Notes under the pieces: generated by a model | What the model saw: the letters and a program-made list of their open reading frames with translations, nothing else | Database searches by the model: none | Told to the model about the DNA's origin: nothing | From: Alphaproteobacteria bacterium | Lineage (GTDB): Bacteria > Pseudomonadota > Alphaproteobacteria > DATDPM01 | Length of the DNA stretch: 49,423 nucleotides | NCBI GenBank assembly: GCA_035292745.1 | Contig: DATDPM010000011.1 | Location: 1-49,423 of the forward strand | Direction: 5' to 3' | Made by a program: the position numbers and the translations under genes | Shown here: positions 44,360 to 49,423 of the stretch, one piece after another | Position numbering within the stretch: position 1 is the stretch's first letter | Layout: the number at the start of each line of letters is the position of its first letter

Positions 44360-47104
44360 CTAGCCTTCCAGCGCCTCGCGCACCTTCGCCGCCAGTTCCG
44401 TGCGATGGAACGGCTTCTGAAGAAGTATCGGCGCAGTCTTGGAGGGCGGCACCACATCGCCAAGGCCGTCGCTGTATCCCGAGGTGAACAGGATCTTCGT
44501 GCCGGGCCGCCGGCGCGCGACCTCGCGGACGAGGTCGGGGCCGCTCGTGCCGCCGGGAAGCACCACGTCGGTGAACAGAAGGTCGACCGGCGCCCCGTCA
44601 TCGATGATGCGCAGCGCCGCCGCCGCGGTGGCCGCCTCGAGTACCGTGAAACCCATCTCCCGCAGCATCGCCACGGCCAGGACCCGCACGTCCGGTTCGT
44701 CCTCGACCACCAGGATCGTTTCGCCGTGGGGGGCGGTATCGGGGCGCGGCAGGCGAACCTGGTGCTGTGCGTGCACCGCGGCGGAAGCGCAGGGCAGATA
44801 GATACGCACGGTCGTCCCCTTGCCCGGGTCGCTCGATATTGCGACGTGTCCGCCCGTTTGCCTGACGAAGCCGTAGACCATGGAAAGTCCGAGCCCGGTG
44901 CCCTTACCCACTTCCTTCGTGGTGAAGAACGGCTCGAAGACGCGATCGCGCACCTCGGGCGGCATGCCGGTCCCGGTGTCGGAGACCGCCACCAGCACAT
45001 ATTCCCCGGGCGTGACGTCGTCGGTTTCGATTGAATGTATTTGATCGAGGTAACCTTCCCGCGTTTCGATCGTCAGCGTGCCGCCGCGCGGCATGGCGTC
45101 GCGCGCATTGACGGCAAGGTTGAGAAGGGCGATTTCCAATTGTCCGGGATCGACTATGACGGGGGGCAGACTTGCCGTGAGATGGGTTTCCACGCGTATG
45201 ACTTCGCCCAGACTGCGGCGCAGCAGGTCGTGCATGTTCTCGATAAGATCGTTGATGCCGGTAATTTGCGGCTGCAGCACCTGTTTGCGCGAGAAGGCGA
45301 GCATGCGCTGGGTAAGAGATGCGCCGCGGTCGGCCGCAGCAATGGCGCGCGAGGCCAGCTCGCGAGTCCGGTCATCGGCGCGCGGGTTGTCTCTTAGAAG
45401 TTCAAGATTTCCCAGCACGACTGTAAGCAGATTGTTGAAGTCGTGGGCGATGCCTCCCGTGAGTTGCCCCACGGCATCCATCTTTTGCGCTTGCCGCAGC
45501 TGCGATTCCATCTTCTTGGCGGCGGTGATGTCCTGGACGACGGCGATGAAATACTTGGGTTCGCCGGCCGAATCGCGCACCATCGAGATCGTGCGGTTGA
45601 CCCAGATGATGGACCCGTCCTTGCGGATATAGCGTTTCTCCAGCGAGTAAGTGGGCGTTTCGCCGGACAAGACGCGCTGGGCCTGCTCCACGTCGCGGCC
45701 GGCATCGTCGGGATGCGTGATATCCGGAAAAGACCGGCTCAAGAGCTCGGTGCGGCTGTAGCTCGTGATGTCGCAAAATTTCTGGTTGACCCGCAGGTAC
45801 CGTCCCTCGGGGGACACGTAAGACATGCCGACGGCGGCCTGCTCGAAGGCCGCGCGGAAGCGCTCCTCGCTTTCGCGGATCGCCTCCTCGGCGCGCGCAT
45901 GTTCCGTCCGGGTCCGGATCGCGTTGATGCCGTGGGCGAGATTGTCGGCAAGCCCGCCCAAAAGCCCCACTTCCTCCTCGTCGAAGGCATTTGGTTCGGT
46001 GGCGTAAAGCCCGAGAATTCCCATTACGTGCGAGGTGTCCTGGAGCGGCAAGGCGATCAGCGAAGCGAAGCCGCGGGCCAGCGCCGCGTGTCGCCAGCGC
46101 GCGAAAGCGGGGTCGGTCGCCGCGTTCTTTACGACATAGGGCTTGCGGCCTCGAATCGCCGATCCGGCCGGCCCGCGCCCGTCCTCGCGGTCGGCCCAGG
46201 AAACTTTGATCTCGTCGAGATAGCCGGCGTCGTAGCCCCACCTCGCCGCAGGGCGCACGGTTTTCGCTTCGTCGTTCTCGGCGAAGCCGACCCAGGCCAT
46301 TCGGTAATGTCCGGTTTCGACGATAATGCGGCAAATTTCTTGAAGCAGCTCGGCCTCGTCGGTGATGCGCGCGAGCGCCGCGTTGCATGCGCTCACCACC
46401 TTGAGCGCGCGGTTGGTGCGCTCCAGCACCTTCTCGTTTTCCTTGTTGCGGGTGATTTCGGTGAGTGTGCCGAAATATCCGATCACGTCGCCGTTTCGGG
46501 CGCGTTTCGCTTCGGCCTGGCCGAGCACCCAGGCGACGCTGCCGTCCGGGCGCTGGAACCGGTATTCTGCGCGGAACGGCCGGTCTTCGCGGAGGCAGGC
46601 GTACCATTCGCCGACCGCACGCTCGCGATCCTCCGGATGCAGCGCCTTCGCCCAGCCTTCGGCGGCGGCCTGGGCGGCGCTCAACCCCGTGATCTCGGAA
46701 TACCTTTGGTTGACGAACAGGCACAATCCCCCGGCGTCCGTCTGAAAGATTCCAACCGGCGCGATGCGCGCCAGCATTTCGAACCGCGATTCGTTGACCG
46801 GCAGGGAGTCCGCAAGTTGACGCTCCGCCCGGTCGAGGCGTTGGACCAGATGGAGCAAAAGAAGGGTGGCCGCCGGCGCCAACACGGCCGCGGTCAAAAC
46901 CGCGATTTGAAGATCGGGCAGGAGAGGGCGGTCGAAAAGCAACGCGATGGATGCGGCGACGGCGGACGCGACCGAGATCGAAATCACGGCGGCGGCCAGC
47001 ACGATCCGGAGCGGCCCATGCCGTCCGGCGAAAACAGTGACCCAGCCGCGGTTATCGAAGGCTGCGGTTCTCTTGCCGCTTAGCCGGGCCGAAAACAGGC
47101 TCAA
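44360..47104 (-). CDS. Hybrid sensor histidine kinase / response regulator (TM, PAS, GAF, PAS, HisKA, HATPase, REC)
   Basis: H-box GGIAHDFNNLLTVV, GTGLGLSMV, and receiver ILVVEDEPDVR ... LLFTDVVLPG. TTG start has SD GGGAGGA 7 nt upstream. Confidence 0.9.
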   Translation of the reverse strand: MSLFSARLSGKRTAAFDNRGWVTVFAGRHGPLRIVLAAAVISISVASAVAASIALLFDRPLLPDLQIAVLTAAVLAPAATLLLLHLVQRLDRAERQLADSLPVNESRFEMLARIAPVGIFQTDAGGLCLFVNQRYSEITGLSAAQAAAEGWAKALHPEDRERAVGEWYACLREDRPFRAEYRFQRPDGSVAWVLGQAEAKRARNGDVIGYFGTLTEITRNKENEKVLERTNRALKVVSACNAALARITDEAELLQEICRIIVETGHYRMAWVGFAENDEAKTVRPAARWGYDAGYLDEIKVSWADREDGRGPAGSAIRGRKPYVVKNAATDPAFARWRHAALARGFASLIALPLQDTSHVMGILGLYATEPNAFDEEEVGLLGGLADNLAHGINAIRTRTEHARAEEAIRESEERFRAAFEQAAVGMSYVSPEGRYLRVNQKFCDITSYSRTELLSRSFPDITHPDDAGRDVEQAQRVLSGETPTYSLEKRYIRKDGSIIWVNRTISMVRDSAGEPKYFIAVVQDITAAKKMESQLRQAQKMDAVGQLTGGIAHDFNNLLTVVLGNLELLRDNPRADDRTRELASRAIAAADRGASLTQRMLAFSRKQVLQPQITGINDLIENMHDLLRRSLGEVIRVETHLTASLPPVIVDPGQLEIALLNLAVNARDAMPRGGTLTIETREGYLDQIHSIETDDVTPGEYVLVAVSDTGTGMPPEVRDRVFEPFFTTKEVGKGTGLGLSMVYGFVRQTGGHVAISSDPGKGTTVRIYLPCASAAVHAQHQVRLPRPDTAPHGETILVVEDEPDVRVLAVAMLREMGFTVLEAATAAAALRIIDDGAPVDLLFTDVVLPGGTSGPDLVREVARRRPGTKILFTSGYSDGLGDVVPPSKTAPILLQKPFHRTELAAKVREALEG

Positions 47105-47380
47105 ATATCGTTCCTCCCGTTCCGTTCACGGCGCGGCCGGCGCGCAGCAGCATGGCCCCCGCCTCGCCCGCGGCGCGGGGCCGCCCGGGAAACGCGTGAA
47201 ATGGCGGCTCCCCCCTGTGCCGATGGCACGTTGACCTTCCCGGTAAATGACGGGAATAGGCTAGGGCGGGGCCCGTTGAGATATGGTTAAGGCTTCATTG
47301 GCAGGCCGTCGTATCCCGGCCGGAATGCGGCCCGAGGCGGCGGGCTGTCTAGGAATGTTAGCCTATAAAGTCTGGGAAAA

Positions 47381-47457
47381 TGGCGCGCCCGGCGAGATTC
47401 GAACTCACGACCTCTGGCTCCGGAGGCCAGCGCTCTATCCAGCTGAGCTACGGGCGC
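47381..47457 (-). tRNA. tRNA-Arg (anticodon CCG), 77 nt with encoded CCA
   Basis: The reverse complement is GCGCCCGTAGCTCAGCTGGATAGAGCGCTGGCCTCCGGAGCCAGAGGTCGTGAGTTCGAATCTCGCCGGGCGCGCCA. It folds as a cloverleaf with a 7-bp acceptor stem, anticodon loop CTCCGGA and T-loop TTCGAAT. Confidence 0.93.
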
Positions 47458-47556
47458 CGATGCTCGCGGGCCGAACGGCCCGCAAACCAACCTCAATTCT
47501 TACTGGAAGCGGCGCGCCGGTGCAAATGCGGGCATTCCGGCCCGGGAATGCGCCCG

Positions 47557-48204
47557 TTACCGGGCCGCCGCGGCCGGAGCGGCCACCACCTTCTGCCAGT
47601 CGGGGGATTCATAGTCGATCTGCACGTATCCCTTGCCGGGTCCCGTGCCCTCGATGCTGAGCAGCACGCCGCCCGACGGCTTCTGCTCCCACAGCGAGCT
47701 CCACACGCCGCATCCCTCGTAGGACAGGCACTGGTAGAACTCGTCCTCCTGGTCGAAAAGACGCGCGCCCACCACCATGGTCTCGTCGCTCGGATTGCCG
47801 CGTATCTGCGTCACGACCTTCTTCATCTCGCCGTATCTGGCGCGGCCTTTCGTGCCGGTGGGATCGTCGCTGATGCCGGTGCTGGTCCAGCGCACTTTCA
47901 CGAGTCCCAACCGCCGGTCGAACAGCATGTTGACGGTGCCGGTGTCGGGAAAGGCCCCGGGCATTTCCTTGACGTTGACGATGCTGAGGCTGCCGTTCTG
48001 GGTGGTGGAATCGATCTTGATGCCGAGCGCGCCCAGATCGGCGATCTGCATTCCCCACTTGAGGCCGAAAGGCGGCTGCTGTTGCTCCGCCGGCGCGGCG
48101 GCCGGTGCGCCGGCCGCGTCCGTGGCCGTATCGGCCGGATCCGCCGCCGCGGCGGGCAGCGTTCCCAACAGGGCCAGGGTCAAGGCAACGGCAAGGATGC
48201 GCAT
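47557..48204 (-). CDS. Hypothetical secreted protein
   Basis: Start taken at MRILAVALTLALLGTLPAAAA (signal peptide). Ala/Pro-rich linker followed by a globular domain. No family recognised. Confidence 0.6.
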   Translation of the reverse strand: MRILAVALTLALLGTLPAAAADPADTATDAAGAPAAAPAEQQQPPFGLKWGMQIADLGALGIKIDSTTQNGSLSIVNVKEMPGAFPDTGTVNMLFDRRLGLVKVRWTSTGISDDPTGTKGRARYGEMKKVVTQIRGNPSDETMVVGARLFDQEDEFYQCLSYEGCGVWSSLWEQKPSGGVLLSIEGTGPGKGYVQIDYESPDWQKVVAAPAAAAR

Positions 48205-48297
48205 CTGTCCCCACGAATGGGTCGAACTGACTTCAGGGGCCGTCATTGTGTCATTTTCGACTAGGGGTCGCAAGCTTGGGTCCGCCGGAAACGCCCG

Positions 48298-49326
48298 TCA
48301 CGGCGCGGCCAGCGCGTGCATGGCGCGGATTTCCGCCCCGGACGGCAGCGGCGTATTCGCGTCCGAAATCCAGGACGCCACGTCGCGCATCACCGTTTCG
48401 GCCGAAAGGTCGCGCAGCAGCATGTGGTACCCCGTGGAGTAAAATGCGGCGCGGGCATGGGCGTCCGATTTGGTCAGACGCTGCAGAAATTCCATCACCG
48501 GGTCGCGGGGCACGACCTCGTCGTGGTCGCCGTAAAGCACCAGCAGCGGCGCGCGGAGCTTGTCCGCATCCGCCATCGCCGCGTCCATCAAGTCGGCAAG
48601 GCCGTAAAGCGTATCGATCCGGGAGTCCTTGATGACGAGCGGGTCGCGCGCGAGCGCGCGCAGCATGGCGATATTGTCCGACGGCATGATGTCAAGCCCG
48701 CGGCCGCTCACCGTCATCCAGGGAACGGAGTGGGCGGCGAACCACAAGAGCCCGCTCTGAAACGGGTTCATGGTGTCGCGGGCCCATACGGCGGGCGCGA
48801 CCAATATCATTCCGGCGACAGGCAAGGTCCGGTCGTTGGCTTCCATCACCGCCGCCACCGCCGCGCCCATGCTGTCGCCCAGCACGTAAAGCGGCGCGCC
48901 GGGATAGCGCCGGTGGAGAATGCGCAGCATGTCGGCGGCATCGTCGGCCAGTGGCGCGACGCCGGGCCAATACCCCCGATTCGGCGTATTTCCGAAGCCG
49001 CGCTGATCGTAGGCGAAAGTCGCGATGCCCTGCCGCCGCCAGAAATTCGCCGGCTCGACGAAGGCGTTGGAATAGTCGTTGAAGCCGTGAAGGGCGAGGA
49101 ACACCGCCTTCGGCTCTTCGTCCGGCAACCAGATCCGAACGGGAAGCTCCAGTCTGTCGCGGGTCAGAAATCGATGATCGCGAAGTTCCGGTTGTTCGTT
49201 CAAGGGGCCCTCCGGCTGAAATCGTGGCATGCAAGCGGCGGTTAGTGCGGTCGCGATCAAGGCGATTACGGTTGCGGCGCGGCGCGCGGCCGCCCCGCGC
49301 CCCCGGGGCGATGTTCGGCCTCTCAT
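48298..49326 (-). CDS. Alpha/beta hydrolase lipoprotein (lysophospholipase / monoacylglycerol-lipase-like)
   Basis: Lipobox LTAAC, HGFNDYS, nucleophile elbow GDSMGA, and GDHDEVV ... GYHMLL. Confidence 0.82.
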   Translation of the reverse strand: MRGRTSPRGRGAAARRAATVIALIATALTAACMPRFQPEGPLNEQPELRDHRFLTRDRLELPVRIWLPDEEPKAVFLALHGFNDYSNAFVEPANFWRRQGIATFAYDQRGFGNTPNRGYWPGVAPLADDAADMLRILHRRYPGAPLYVLGDSMGAAVAAVMEANDRTLPVAGMILVAPAVWARDTMNPFQSGLLWFAAHSVPWMTVSGRGLDIMPSDNIAMLRALARDPLVIKDSRIDTLYGLADLMDAAMADADKLRAPLLVLYGDHDEVVPRDPVMEFLQRLTKSDAHARAAFYSTGYHMLLRDLSAETVMRDVASWISDANTPLPSGAEIRAMHALAAP

Positions 49327-49423
49327 GACGGACTTTCCGCGCTTCCGCGGGTGAGTTGCAGAAAAATGTCCTCGAGGTCGGACTGCTCCGTGGTGAGATC
49401 GAGAATATCGAGTCCCGCCGCTT
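49323..49423 (-). CDS. C-terminal fragment of an ABC transporter ATP-binding protein. The N-terminus lies beyond the right edge.
   Basis: Hand translation gives AAGLDILDLTTEQSDLEDIFLQLTRGSAESPS followed by a stop. The LEDIFLQLT ending is typical of ABC ATPases. ATGA overlap with the hydrolase start. Confidence 0.6.
   Translation of the reverse strand, partial: AAGLDILDLTTEQSDLEDIFLQLTRGSAESPS

Noticed and set aside
38124-44487. ORFs 38762..39478 (+), 39974..40522 (+), 40345..41137 (-), 41139..42707 (-, 522 aa), 41339..42838 (+, 499 aa), 42824..44260 (-, 478 aa) and 43360..44487 (+)
   Set aside because: These are shadows of the TagF-like, gmhA, hldE and MCP genes. They lack motifs and show extreme Arg/Gly/Pro content.
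45402-47083. ORFs 45402..46724 (-, 440 aa) and 45443..47083 (+, 546 aa)
   Set aside because: These are out-of-frame or antisense shadows within the hybrid histidine kinase gene.
47105-47560. tRNA-Arg(CCG) as a possible genomic-island integration site
   Set aside because: No integrase, direct repeat of the tRNA 3' end, or compositional break is visible on either side. The flanking genes are ordinary signalling and hypothetical genes.
1-49423. Search for CRISPR arrays, IS elements or transposases, prophage genes, rRNA and known defence systems
   Set aside because: I saw no spaced direct repeats, no terminal inverted repeats bracketing a transposase-like ORF, no phage structural or integrase motifs, and no defence-type nuclease or ATPase genes. 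The only tandem repeat is the short hexamer tract at 44305-44354.

Overview
High-GC (by eye about two-thirds G+C) chromosomal segment. RegB/RegA, PAS_5, IalB-like and SapC-family genes suggest an alphaproteobacterium, which is an inference. I support about 40 protein genes, one tRNA, one riboswitch and a few terminators or repeats. From left to right the window contains the following. (1) Cobalamin genes: cobN (truncated at the left edge), cobW and cobU behind a B12 riboswitch, then cobC-cobS and the divergent cobT. (2) A PDZ-M48 lipoprotein and an ABC-2 exporter. (3) The redox two-component pair regB-regA. (4) Two paralogous tail-anchored small proteins flanking a PAS_5 gene. (5) A Cache-PAS sensor with a degenerate HD-GYP domain, a small 2OG-Fe(II) oxygenase-like gene and a GGT-like lipoprotein. 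(6) A complete type I secretion system: HlyD adaptor, LssB-like ABC with a C39-like domain, and a divergent TolC. (7) An orphan, very acidic 143-aa protein, an RHH-PAS regulator, a SapC-family gene, two GT4-type glycosyltransferases and rfbBACD. (8) A translationally coupled M23 peptidase / IalB-like / atypical GAPDH-family operon. (9) An IspD-like cytidylyltransferase coupled to a TPR-TagF-like polyol-phosphate transferase, then gmhA and hldE. (10) A soluble PAS-MCP, a PAS-GAF-PAS hybrid kinase, tRNA-Arg(CCG), a secreted hypothetical, a lipoprotein alpha/beta hydrolase and an ABC ATPase fragment. I saw no IS elements, integrases, CRISPR arrays, rRNA or recognisable defence genes. The best candidate for something undescribed is the 19.3-35.1 kb block. 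It joins an LssB-type T1SS to SapC, an orphan acidic protein that looks like T1SS cargo, two glycosyltransferases and dTDP-rhamnose synthesis. This could be a secretion-plus-glycosylation module, but that is only a hypothesis from gene content. The second candidate is the paralog/PAS_5/paralog trio at 12.6-14.2 kb. Many long ORFs in the supplied track are high-GC shadow ORFs and were rejected. All family assignments come from motif recognition by eye, not from searches.
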